64,000 nucleotides of DNA from Callorhinchus milii. Lineage: Eukaryota. Positions within the stretch are counted from its first letter, which is position 1. Each line of letters begins with the position of its first letter. Made by a program: the position numbers and the translations under genes. The notes under the pieces were generated by a model. The model was not told where the DNA came from. It worked only from the letters and a program-made list of their open reading frames with translations, and did no database searches. Positions 37,836 to 49,979 of the stretch are shown in pieces. The DNA is taken from assembly GCF_018977255.1 (NCBI RefSeq), contig NW_024704742.1, forward strand, positions 24,306,001 to 24,370,000, read 5' to 3'.

Positions 37836-38265
37836 CATGATTAATCTGGGTCTTAATAAGGAGGGAATTTTTTTTAATACAAGACAAGTGTGTTATATCA
37901 TAGTCCTCAGACAGTAATGGAATCAACCTATTTACATAATGAAGCTGTCCTTGTGCTTTTATCAAGGTGCAGTTTCCAATCTGTCAGTTATATTGCTATT
38001 AATGAATATTTATATTAAAAAAACTGCGTTTAAGATCTTTTCCTATTTGACCGCAATTTCGGTCATCTTTTTCTCCTCCAAACTCCTCAGTAACCTCACC
38101 CCTAGTTTGAGCTCTCAGACAGCTGTGTGAAGACTTCCTCCTGATGTGAAAGGCACTGTGTGAATTGAAATTGTCGTCGTCAAACTAAGCATGAGATGGT
38201 CTATGTTAAAGCGGGCCCACGCTCTTTGCATGTGAAACTCTGGCTCAATGACGTCTTTCTTTCAG

Positions 38266-38383
38266 ATTGTCAATGGATAGCATTGACGCTGAGCTACGCT
38301 CACTGGACACCAGAGCGAGATCGCTGCAAGCCAGTTTGAAGGAAGACATTGAACTGCAGCATCAGATGGAGCTTTTCATTCAG
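38266..38383 (+). CDS. FHDC1: FHDC1-family coding exon 9 (FH2)
   Basis: CTTTCTTTCAG|A; (R)LSMDSIDAELRSLDTRARSLQASLKEDIELQHQMELFIQ|GTGAGT; 118 nt. Confidence 0.93.
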
Positions 38384-40408
38384 GTGAGTTCATTGTTGAA
38401 TCATCTCCTCCCTCACCTCCCCTGTGGGCATGTGTGTGTTTGACATCTCTGCCGAGCTGAGGAAATTAATATGCGCACCTTATTGTACCGCACATATCTG
38501 GTGACTGGAGATTGTATTCATTTTAAAAGGAGCCCAGAGCTCTAACCCATTGCATTGAAGGCGTCTGTGACAACATGATCATCCAATACAACTGTCTGTT
38601 GGTCTGTTGTTAATCGTATTCTCTCTGGACTGCGCCTTACTCGAGTGTCTAAAGTGCTCTTGGCTCTTGATCAAATGTAGAGCGTTTTACTTCAGGTTGG
38701 CTGCAGAATGCGAAATTTACCCCTATCAAGTGAGGCGATCAAATCATTCATGGGCCCCTTGTGCGAAAGTTGATTGTTGAGGGATAATTCCTGTGTCCCA
38801 ACACCTGAGCACAATATTTGTTTTGCAGTAGTAAATAATATTTTGAGTACAAAAGAAATTCAATGCTAAATTAAGACTTTTGTCCCCTCAAAGCATTTGG
38901 CATCATGTTAAAAGTGAAGCGTGTAAGATTCTGCTGCAGAAATTAATGGCAGATCCTGACTGCACAACACTGTCAGAAAACATTTTGCTATCTCACCCCA
39001 GTGCCTGATTTTCATTTATTTGCCCACATAATGAATGTTGGCAGAAGGTGGGGCATCACAGCCAAGCCTGATGCTCTCCAAAATATTAATCAGAATAAGT
39101 TGTGGGATCTCGTTTAAAACAGCTCTGTTGCTCACTGACTAAAAGGATCAAATGCTGCAAATGTTATTGACTCCTGTCTACACGCCAAATATATAAAGTG
39201 CACCAGAGCACGAATCTCTTGAGTAAAAGCACCTTTGCCTTCAGTTATTTTGCTTTAATAGGTTGGATTATCAATGTGTTATAAGGAAGGAAAACAACAG
39301 GATATGTGTCATTGCACTCTGCACATTTACTGTAACAAGAACATACTGCCATATGTTCAGAGAACAAACGCTGGTGGAATGTAGGGAGGAGGGGGAGAGC
39401 GGGTGACTTTGCGGAGGTTGGAGAGACTGTTTAGTAGGAAGATTCTACTCGTAAAAGAAAAACAATTCTCGAAATGATAAAATGATCGTGACCCATGTAC
39501 CGTACAGCGCGTGTCACATGAGACAAGGTACAGTGCACTGTACCATGCAGCGTAAACAGTCAACACTGAACTTTGACAAATGCAATTCAAATTGTTTGCT
39601 ATATGACTGAACCTCTTAGTCTATAACTTGGGTTATCTTTATAGGTGATGGTTTTAATATTTGTAAACTTTAGAACAATAAAAGAGAAAGACGAACAGCC
39701 CCTTAGATATCTTATTGTTACAGTCTAGAGTTCTTAGTTTCCCAATTCAGTGATTATAAGCATTGACACACAGTTGTTTCAATAAAACTGAAAGTTGATG
39801 CAGTCAATATTTCTAGAAAAATTAGAATGATTTTTATTTTCTCCTCTCCCTGAAAACATTTGCCCACAACAGTCACTCCACTTTACAGTAAACCTGTGAA
39901 GTGCTTTGCAATATCCTCCTGACATGAAAAGCTCATTTTTCCTTGTGTTGAAGACAGTTCCATGGGTGCCAGTCCCTGTCCCAGTAATTTGCCTTCACAG
40001 AGCAATGTTAGTTGGTTATTTACCATAGGGAGTCATTGCAACTGAGGGTGAACCTGTTCTTGCCTGATGGCTATGTGCCTACACCTTCCAGCAAGAGTCT
40101 CAGAATGGTAATATAGAGTTGGGTCCTCATTAATTTTCTTCCTGCTTAACGCGGAGTCACTGATGGTTATAATCCTTCCCTTCTCCTCTCTTTCCCCCCC
40201 CACCCCCACCCCCAACTGCTCCTCTGGCTCTGAGCAGGAGGCTCAGCACAGGAAGTCAAACCAGTGACAATCTGGTCTGACACTGCACCAAGCATTCTGT
40301 GTCGGTGGCCATCAGAGGAAGGATGCAATGTGATTCATCTGCCCCCCCCCCTCCCTCACCCATCCATGGTTAACCAAAGGTGTAAGTACTGTCTGTGTTT
40401 CTCTGCAG

Positions 40409-40573
40409 AATACTTTGAGAGCAGTGGGAAAGCTAGAAGAAGAGCGATTGGAATTGAACCGGGAAGGTAACATTCTAATAGACTTCTTCTGTGAGGATAA
40501 AGAATCGATGAAGTTAGAAGAATGCTTTCGGATTTTTTGTGACTTCTGTGACAAATTCAAGAAAGCAGTGAAG
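40409..40573 (+). CDS. FHDC1: FHDC1-family coding exon 10 (end of FH2)
   Basis: CTCTGCAG|AAT; NTLRAVGKLEEERLELNREGNILIDFFCEDKESMKLEECFRIFCDFCDKFKKAVK|GTAAGC; 165 nt. Confidence 0.95.
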
Positions 40574-41221
40574 GTAAGCCCGTTGCTGAATACTGTCTGC
40601 TCCTCCTCTGAGACTCTCCATGTTATTTGGGGATTTCTTTTACTGCAAGACTCTTATAGTCTCCTTGCTCGTGGCAGCAAGTCAATGATCAGACTACCGC
40701 ACGCAACAAAAGAGAAATTGGCCCGGCAAATGTTTAGAGAAAAGCTGTCACCTTATGGCAGGCAGAAGAAATGATTCTAAATCAATCTGTACCAGCATGG
40801 GATGCCAGGAAGTGTAGTTTAATGCTAAAAAGTTTGGCATTGCAGTTATAGTACTGGAACTGTCCATAATTTTGTTTTTACCCCAATAGCAGTAAAAAGG
40901 TTATCTGTAAATTATTGCTGAGCTAGGTGTTAAGTAGTTAACTGATGACTCCAGGACAGATCTTGAAACAAAAGAGCCATTTTTATTATTAAAAAAAATT
41001 GTGTCACAAAGTGTGCCATTATCCTGCAAAACAGTCACTGGACTCTAGACTTTGGTACATCCTCCTGACATGAAAGGTGCGGCACTAAATGTAAGGATTA
41101 TTCTTATCAAGATGATGGATTGCAGCAGCTCTATACAGTATTTTGTGGAAAATAATTTTGGCTGTGGGGAAACAAATGGTGGATGTAGTTGCTGAGAGAT
41201 TGGAATCTTTGTGTCCTACAG

Positions 41222-43663
41222 GAGAATCGGGAGAGAGAAATTCGAGAGCTCAGTCAACAGCAGAGGAAAAAGGAACTTGAAGAGAAGCGACACTCGTGGG
41301 CTGCCGGGGAGCGAAACGGGTTTGGGAGAAGCAACAGTGAAAACGATGTGGAATTCCTCTCCAAGGATGGACTGCAGGACTTGTTTGGACATCAGCGTCC
41401 TCGAAGCCCAGGGGATACAAACCAAACTAAAATCAGGCGTAAACGGTCATCCGTAGGCCCAATAATGGATAGACAATTACTGTCATTTTTGCAGGATGCT
41501 GGTTCAGGTGAAAAGGCAGAGTTAAACAGCCCATCTATCACTAGGCAAAGGGTATCCTGGAAAGAAACATCAGAAAATCGAGAATTAAGCTCAGGTAATA
41601 CACACTTGGACCAGAGATTGGCTGCAAAAGGTCTTCGTCGAGCAGCTTCAACTTTGTCTTCTGTTGTTGGGAATAGTAGTAGAAGGCATTACAGCAACCC
41701 GGAGACTGGAGACGGGCAGCTATACACCAACATAGAGACTGGAAATAGAAGGCATTATAGCAACCCAGAGGCTGAAGATCAAAGGCATCGTACCAACACA
41801 GAGATTGGTGAAAGAAGGAATGATAGCAACACAGAGAATAGTGACAGAAGGCATTATAACAACACAGAGACTGGAGACAGGAACTACAACAACACAGAAA
41901 CTGGTGATCGAAGGAGTTACACTAGCACAGAGAAAACTGACAGAAGGCATTACAGCGACCCAGAGACTGGAGATCGATTCAATCACAGTGTAAGTGGGCT
42001 TGATGTGTACAGGAACAATCCGAATGCAAAAGAGAATCGAGACAACGGAAAGGACATGGAGTGCACAAACTTAAACCAGATGACTGTAGCGATTGAGGGA
42101 CATGAGCTTATTCCGGGATTGCAAACATTTAGTTGCTCTAAAGTAAACAGCCCATCAGCACAACATGGTGATCTTACATTAATAGACCTGGAGTCACTCG
42201 ATGACTCTAGTTTGCAGACTCCAATTACTGACTTGAGTTGCCAATCTCCAGCGACGGACTTGAGCTTGCAGACTCCAACTGACTCTGATATAAGTATGCG
42301 CTCTCCCAGCCAGAGCTCGAAAGGCCTTCATTGTTCCAACACTGAATCTTATCAGGTTACAAATTCTCTTTCATCCCTCCAAATAGAGGAGGATGTAGGA
42401 AGGGCCGAAGCATCTGCAATGAGCCCGGATACCGCAACCTCACCCGGGAGCTTTGCTTCAAACCACGAGTGTGGATCGTTTTGTTTGCCGGGATACAGAG
42501 ATGATGGCAATTGTTCGGCATCTTCGGAGAGGGATGGAACAAAAGACCTCTGTCATGAGGCTGAGATGGAATTGCACGAGGTATTTGATAAAAAGGAGGA
42601 CTGTATTGCTGATCAGACAACGGTTTGCAATGATTTGGAGGGAGCGCCACTTGGTAACGCTTCTGTTTCTGTGCCTGAAGAACTTGGCGTTCAGGATGTT
42701 CTTGCCCCTGATGCAGGCTCCATCAAAAAAGATTCACGCAATGAAACCAAGAAGGTTTCCAATTTGAAGCACCTTGGTGCTGCTAAAGAGAAGGCAAGGG
42801 TCATTCCGAAACCAACGGAGCTTTGTGTCATCAGTGCAGTTCGTTCAAAATCTCCAAGGACACAAAAGCATGTTAATAATAATGAGCAAATGCGAAGGGT
42901 TTTACCAATATCAAAATTGCCTGAAAGATCGAATAATGATAAGAGAACAGAAAGGAAAGTGTTGAGTGGTAATGAACTGAAGCCACTTCAAAAGATCTCA
43001 GGATTACATAGGAAAGGCAGCCATTCGAAGACTCATAAAGCCGGCATTCCTGTCCTGGGTGCAAAGCCATCGTATGGGAACTCTGCCTCAGGTAATTCAT
43101 CAATGGCTCTGCCAAAGCGTCGAGAATCACTGAGAAAGCCGTGTGCTAAACCCATCCAATATACTCCCAGACTGAAAACTGAGGAAAACACTAAGATGTG
43201 CCGCTCGTCAGTGCCAGGTGCATCCAAGCCTGACCTAGATGCAAGTAAAGTGGCACAACCAACAGGGAGAAAGAGCACAACTGTGCCAAATCGCACACCG
43301 AGCTTTGCCAGGAACACTGTGGCCTCCTCTTCTCGGCGTAATAAGACAGACTCCAAAACAATGGCAGATGGACCTCAACAAGCCTCCAAATTGGTGGCTC
43401 CTGTCAGGATTCCTTCACTAAAGCAAATTGTGAGTAAGTGTGGGGCAGGCAATGCCATGGGCAGCGAAAATGGACGTGTGAAAAGAGCAAACAGCCCAAA
43501 AGTGGCCAGCAACCTCCCAGAGCCAAGCCGAGTCCCAGTGTACAAAGCACAAGCCACTTCCACAGGGAACAGACGTTCACTGAAGTCCACAGAAAGTAGG
43601 CCAAATGTAGGAGCAGAGAGCAATGGAAATCGGATAAGTCCAGGCAGCATAAAGTGGAAATGA
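41222..43663 (+). CDS. FHDC1: FHDC1-family coding exon 11 (long C-terminal tail with putative microtubule-binding region), stop TGA
   Basis: GTCCTACAG|GAG; 813 codons plus stop; FHDC1-like blocks KRHSWAAGE..GFGRSNSENDVE, DRQLLSFL, HELIPGL, NEQMRRVLPI, RKPCAKP, PSFARNTVASSSR. Confidence 0.93.
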   Translation, partial: ENREREIRELSQQQRKKELEEKRHSWAAGERNGFGRSNSENDVEFLSKDGLQDLFGHQRPRSPGDTNQTKIRRKRSSVGPIMDRQLLSFLQDAGSGEKAELNSPSITRQRVSWKETSENRELSSGNTHLDQRLAAKGLRRAASTLSSVVGNSSRRHYSNPETGDGQLYTNIETGNRRHYSNPEAEDQRHRTNTEIGERRNDSNTENSDRRHYNNTETGDRNYNNTETGDRRSYTSTEKTDRRHYSDPETGDRFNHSVSGLDVYRNNPNAKENRDNGKDMECTNLNQMTVAIEGHELIPGLQTFSCSKVNSPSAQHGDLTLIDLESLDDSSLQTPITDLSCQSPATDLSLQTPTDSDISMRSPSQSSKGLHCSNTESYQVTNSLSSLQIEEDVGRAEASAMSPDTATSPGSFASNHECGSFCLPGYRDDGNCSASSERDGTKDLCHEAEMELHEVFDKKEDCIADQTTVCNDLEGAPLGNASVSVPEELGVQDVLAPDAGSIKKDSRNETKKVSNLKHLGAAKEKARVIPKPTELCVISAVRSKSPRTQKHVNNNEQMRRVLPISKLPERSNNDKRTERKVLSGNELKPLQKISGLHRKGSHSKTHKAGIPVLGAKPSYGNSASGNSSMALPKRRESLRKPCAKPIQYTPRLKTEENTKMCRSSVPGASKPDLDASKVAQPTGRKSTTVPNRTPSFARNTVASSSRRNKTDSKTMADGPQQASKLVAPVRIPSLKQIVSKCGAGNAMGSENGRVKRANSPKVASNLPEPSRVPVYKAQATSTGNRRSLKSTESRPNVGAESNGNRISPGSIKWK

Positions 43664-46070
43664 GATTCTTTCATCGAGTGTAGATGATGGTCAGAGCAGA
43701 TTAAAAGTGATGGACAAAATTTGCTGAACTGGAATCCTCTCTCTCTCCGAACTTGCATCCACTTCAGCTTTTCATTGGCTTCACGTTGAGGCTATCTGAT
43801 AACTCATGACTGCAGGAGCCCTGGATACGCTGCCAGAGGGCCCGAGAGTTGAATCCCAGCCAAGATGGATGCTCAAGAGATTGCTGCTCTGAGTAGATGA
43901 GCGTTGCTGGTGTTTGGGCGAGCTGCTAGGCGAAGCGAGTTGTGGCATTGGAAGGAGGAGAAACTGCCAGAGTGGCCTGTCAGACGTGGCAGTGGCAATG
44001 TTGAATTGAACTGCAGAGCTGTCCACAGGCTGGACCCCTTCCGCTGCCTGCCCACCTGCCAGTCCACCCTTTCTGCACCTTTTTCCCCATTCTTCCCCCC
44101 ACCAAGCTCCCTGAGGAAATAGGAGATGGGAGATGGAGACCAAAAGGACAAATGCTATATTTAAAGAAAAAAAAACAAGTAATAAAAATAGGAACTGGAT
44201 TTTGCATTCAACTGAATCCAAACCAGTGTGAACCAACATATAAATCGATGGTGACTTGGTTGATTGCTTGGGAGAGAGAAGTGGTGTGTAATGTTTTGTT
44301 GAACTGGAGAGCTGCTTCCTGTAATGAATTTTGATGTATTATGTGACACTGTCAAAGCCACTCCAGCTTTTTCAGTGATTTTTTTTCTCCCCCTCTCTTT
44401 CTCTTAAATTGTCTGTCTTCAAATTTCCTGTAAGGTACATATTTAACATTGCATTGGCCTGCTTTTTGTTTAAGGAGTAAGAGAGGTTATTGCTATGAAG
44501 TGTATAGATAGCAGTGAATGAAGAGGTGTGCTGAAATTTCCACTCGATTACTTAAACTGCAGCACCGTCATTTTTTTGTATTGTGATATGTATAACGTAT
44601 ACAATACAGACTCATAGGAAAGTCTGTGTAGCTAATGCATAGGAATGTTAGCTGGTGACTTGCCAGTAAAACCCATTGATGGGACTTGCCATCATTTGTT
44701 CAGTTGCTTCTCTTCAGGTTCTCTGTTTTGTTAGGCTGTGCAGAGCAGAGTTTCAGATCCATAAAGGCCACAGTTTGTTGCCACATTGTGCTGTGTAACA
44801 TCGTTTTGAAATGCTCTGAAATTCTATAGCTGTAAGAAATGGCCACCGTTATGGATGCCATGTGCAATGTGACGGAAAGTGGAGCACTGAATTTTGTGGA
44901 TGATAATGATCCATTCATCGTCGAATGTTAGATGATCAATCATTTTTTCAGCACAGAGTGCACTAAAATGCATCCCTTTCATAATTAACAGTGCCTGTGT
45001 AAATACTGGTGCATGTCATCTATCAAAATATACATATATTGTGTGTGTGTATATGTGTGTGTGTATATATATATATATAGAGAGAGAGGTGTGTTGGTGC
45101 ATACATGTGTATGGGTGAGTATGTGTGTGCATACACTCTCTGTTTCTTCAGTCTCGGTTTGACGCTACAAAATCTGTTCATCTGTTTACAGTGGCTTCAG
45201 CTATTCATAGCTCTTTTCTAGGGACAGCAAGAATAGGCATGTTCTCACCCTTCATTCAGGTCATGTGTTTTTGTTTTTCCCCAAATGAGGAATTGTACCC
45301 TGTCCCTCTCCAGAGGGTATATTCAGATGTTTAAGAAAATGTTTCTTCCCCTATTGGACGTGTCACTGGCCCACTTGGAGACTGTGATAAACTGACTCTG
45401 CTCTAGGTGAGATGGAGCAAGTGACTGTAATCTGCTACCTTCACGTATGCTGGGAAAAAGAATTGTGATCCATGTTGATGCCAATTTTTGAAAATGTCAA
45501 CTAAACACACGCACATAATTGGAAGATTGTCGAGATGAAGGAATGCTGTTCCTTTTAACTTTCTCCCATGTACACACACACCCGCCCCACACCTCCCCAT
45601 GTCTGTAAATAAATTGTTCTGGAAATGAATCATTCTATGTCATCAACTGGACCAAATTGTGTTAAGTGTGAATCTGGCAAATCAAGATACACTTGATCAG
45701 TCCATGAGTAACCACCTCTCCCTCCTTCCATGTCCTTTGTGCATTTGCGTCTTGTGTATGAGATTCTGACAGCTATTTGTTTCTTTAGTTTTTTTTTGAA
45801 TCATGTACCGTTCAGTTCTGATTGTTGTGTAATGGAGGCCAGTGTGTTTGGGGCAGGTGCTTTATTTTATTACCTTTTTATTGGTATCTGTCTGTCCCAT
45901 GTTTTAAAGTACTAACGGTCACTTCAGCTTGTAATATAATGTTAATTTTCGAACGAAAGAGATGCATCTTTGTAAAATTGAGATGAGGTGTTGTACACAG
46001 GAACATTTGCACGTCTCCTCATAACTTCTGTTCAGTCAAGTATTAAAAAGTCAATGCTGTCTCATTGAAT
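43664..46070 (+). other. FHDC1: Probable 3' UTR
   Basis: Repeat-poor, AT/GT-rich stretch after the stop; candidate poly(A) signals AATAAA at 44181 and 45608 and ATTAAA at 46042. True end unknown. Confidence 0.45.
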
Positions 46071-48177
46071 GTCGTCATCTCTTTAGTGGGCGGTTAAGTA
46101 CCATCGCTGCGTGACTACATTACTGAGAGGCAGCAACAATTTGCTGTGTGGTTGATGTTTAGCAAAGTGTTGTATAACACAGGCACAAACTAAGATATAG
46201 TGGTACTTCATAAATGCCAGGAATGGAAATTTTATATTCTGTTGGCACATTATGACCCAGGTCGCGGATTTGTAAAACCATCCAAATCCTTTGCGAGCCC
46301 TTGATTAACTAATATACTTTTATACTATATACAAAATTTCTGCGCGCTGCCTTCATTTCCAGGTCACAATTCTTTTATTAAATGCTATAAAGTTATAATT
46401 TTGCTGCTGTGGTAGGTCTGTCATCCGCCCTTCTTAAATAACTCACACGTGCTCTCGCTAGCTTCTCAAATTACTGCCCTATCGGTTCCTGCATCTGAAC
46501 GTCAACAAAACTGAAGGGAACTTGTTTGGTTCTGCCTTATATAGATACCTATGTATCTGGTTCCAATTGCATCAACTTACATAGCTGCTTGTTCAGGTTG
46601 AGCCATTGGGTACCCAAGGAGTCTGGCTTGACTCTTGAGTTTGAAACTCCACATCTGGTCCATCACGCGTGACCACCTCCTACATCTGGAACATTGCCAC
46701 TCAACCCCACTTTCTGCTGAAACCCTTCTCCAGGCTTTTGATATTGAGGATAGGCTCCCCCACCACTACCCAATGCGCTTCTCACCGGTCACAAAAACTT
46801 TTATTTCCATAAGTTTCAACCAATCAAGAACTTAGAAGCCTGAGTTCTCTCCTACACAAGTTTCCACATACCCAATAACTCTATCCTTGCCAAAGTGTTT
46901 GCCCCTAGTACCTCAGGGGATCAAATTTAAGATAATTGCCTGGGTTTTGAAATCCCTTCAACTTCTTCTCACCTTAGCTATTAAAACTTCTTCAGCCTGA
47001 TCTCTTCGCTATTTTTGGGGGTGGGGAGGGGTCAGCCGGGGGTCTGACACATGCAGAAATTATGACACATACTTAGAAGTCTCTAAACCAAACTGAGAAT
47101 TCCACTATTCTGCCTCTGATTTTCTTACAAGTTTTCTCTGCTCCACCATCAGTTTTCACTCACCAATGGCCCTGGGAACTTGTGCCCAAAACTGCTTTCA
47201 AGACCATTGTCTTAAACTGAGTCCAAGAATTTCATACAATTCTTCATTGCTTTTTAAGAGCTGGTTAGTATCTCTCATGCAGCAAGGATTGTACGTTTAG
47301 TTTCTTCCCACTCGAGCACAAACCTGCAGACCACATGGTAAGTAGTGATACCTCCACCACCAGCCTTTTTGCTAATGCCATCCTGTAGCAGGTCACCTGG
47401 ATGTGACTCATCCACTTTCACTCTCCCAACCCTGTTTCTCACTGGAAAAATAAATCCTCACTGCTCCGAGTTCCATGTACCTGACAGGTGACCCCGACAC
47501 TGATTCTGAGCCCAGTCACTGAGAATTGCAGCGTGTTGGGCAGCTATTTGCTCTGAAGAAGGGACTGTGTACAAACTACAAGGCGGGATAGCAGTGATGG
47601 GATGAACCACATTTGCCAGCTCTCACACAGTTATTTGATCGAGTAAGATCACAGTGTTATTGTGGGCAAAGATCATGAAATATAAACAGCACGGGCTGCA
47701 TGTCATGAAGCCCTTTCAACGCTGAACTGATTGTTTGGCTGAAAAAAGTGTTTTTTATTTCCCCATCCTTGTTTTTTTTCATCCAATTTTGGCACAATCT
47801 GTCTACGTATAATGCTCCAATTGTCTCGACTCCGTCTATAAACCAGATTCTGTGACAGGGTGTGGAACTCCTTGTGACCTGACTAGATTTCTCTGTCTCT
47901 GTTTTCTTCTGTGAAATTGATGTTTTTTTTGTGCTGCTGTTTTTTTTTTAAACCGCGTCTATTATAATGCAAGACTCGTACCACAGAGAACAAGCACTTC
48001 TCCTTGTGTGGCTGCTATCTGTATGTCCGGTTGGTGAAAGCTGCTCTAATGGGGAAAACAGCGTTAGTCAGGTTGATGTTTCGATAAAACACTAATGGAA
48101 ATCTAAGCCCCAGTCAAATTAACTGCTTACGAACTGCAGTGCCATAATCAAAGCGCTTGGAACTGTACCCCTTTTTT

Positions 48178-48535
48178 GTGGAGTCTTAGTGGTTAGAGCA
48201 CTCACCTCACAAACATGAGCGCCTGGATTCACTTCCAGGGCAGGGCGAAACTTTAGGCAAGTTTCCTTACTCCACATGCTTCTGTTTACCTAGAAAGTAG
48301 GAACCCGGTTGATAGTTGATTGTCGGATCATTTTTCCGGGGTTAATAATCCCTTTTTTTAAAGTCCACTCAATCCACGACTGTTTGTCGGACATTGCTGT
48401 GCGTAATTGGCTGCTGCATCTCACTCACAAAATATACGGTCAATTCACTTCACAGTACATTCTGTGAAACGTGTGACACTGCGAAGCGCTCTGTGATAAG
48501 GCACTATATCAAATGCAAGTATTATTACTATTATT
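48178..48535 (+). mobile_element. Older, longer variant of the tRNA-derived SINE
   Basis: Same head and tail as 7196-7518 plus an internal segment CTTCTGTTTACCTAGAAAGTAGGAACCC...GGTTAATAATCCC also present in 37236-37588. Confidence 0.8.
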
Positions 48536-49221
48536 TTGACACCGTGCCACATTTGTCTGCTCCATGATGACGAGACCTTTGGATGGAAAAAGGCCCAGTT
48601 GATCTTATCTTTCCAGACACCCACCTTGCATTATAGCATCAAGCTGCTTTTCAAATGAGTCCAGTGTCTGGCCTCAACCCATCTTCCTGCTGACCTACTC
48701 CAGCTGCTCCTCCACTAAAGGCATAATTCCTTGTGAATGCCCTAAAATTCCTGTTCACGAACCTGTTCCCTCTTGTCTTGCTGTTTCAGCATTTTCCATG
48801 TTTAGTTTTCAGAATATAATTACTTAATCTTTGTGTGTGCTAGCTGCTCGAGGTGAGAGTTACCAAACAAAACTACAAGGCACTGTATTTAACGCATTAA
48901 GTCCAACATGTGGAAAAAAACTGCACTCCAGTTTATGACTTGGGAGTGCTGTTTTGAAAGGAATTATCTTAACCTGGTAATCACTGTGCCTATTAGAAAT
49001 CCAGAATAAACTATTTAGAGTTGAAGCCTTTAATGGCAGAAATGAAATTTCAGTGTCTCTTTTACAGCTATCTTAGAAATAGTAGCCACTAAAAGTGAAA
49101 CTCTGGCATATTGTGCACATGGGAGGGATGGAGGGTGGGTTTGAACAGGGAGCGTGTGGGGAAAGAGGAATATGAGAGAGATGTTGCTAGGTTGATGTGA
49201 GGGAAGTCCTATTCAGAGCTG

Positions 49222-49428
49222 TATAATCCCTCCAAAACCAAAAACAATAATAAATTGGTCATTTTCAATCTACGACTGTTTGTGGGACATTGCTGTGCGC
49301 AATTGGCTGCTGCGTTCGCCCACAAATATACAGTCAAATCACTTTACAGTGTGTTCTGTGAAGCGCTTTGGGACGTCCTCCCAACGTGAAAAGCGCTATA
49401 TCAAATGCAAGGATTATTATTATTATTA
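49222..49428 (+). mobile_element. 5'-truncated young SINE
   Basis: Matches about 7315-7518 nearly base for base. Confidence 0.9.
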
Positions 49429-49979
49429 CCCCATGGAACAGAGTGGTTGGGTGAAAACCACGGTTGGATTGAATTTGTGCGGACTGTGAAGACAGCAGGT
49501 GACGGACGCCTGAATGGTGTTTTCTCTAGTGAGATATTAAAGCAGAAAGATATGGGTGGAGTGAAGGGTTCAACAGTTTAGGGAAGTAGGATCTGAAGGC
49601 TTAACCACCAATTGTGGCATGGAAAGGGTGGGAAATCCGCAGTGAGTCTGAATTGGCCCAGCAGAGGAGTTGTAGGGTAGGATAAAATCAGAAAGAAAAA
49701 GAGGTGCTAGGGCATGGAGGCATTTGTAGATGGAAGGCCTTGAAATCGATCCCCTGGGTAAAGACCATGGTAGATTTGGCTTGATGCAAACTGTTAAGGG
49801 AGCAGGGTTGATGGTGTTTTCTCACCTTGCGCTGCATTCCTATTTAGTATTATTACAGATAACTTGGCCATTCACCTCCTGGCTGTTCGTAGTATGTTGT
49901 TGGATGCAAATTAGTTGCTGGGTTTGCTGACAATTACTGCCACCACCTCATGTCAGAACAGTGTGAGGCAACAATAAAT

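Noticed and set aside
43033..44239. Antisense ORFs overlapping the last exon and 3' UTR
   Set aside because: No recognisable domains or splice structure; expected shadow ORFs.
45040..45090. (TG)n(TA)n(GA)n compound microsatellite in the 3' UTR
   Set aside because: Common simple repeat with no further evidence of function.
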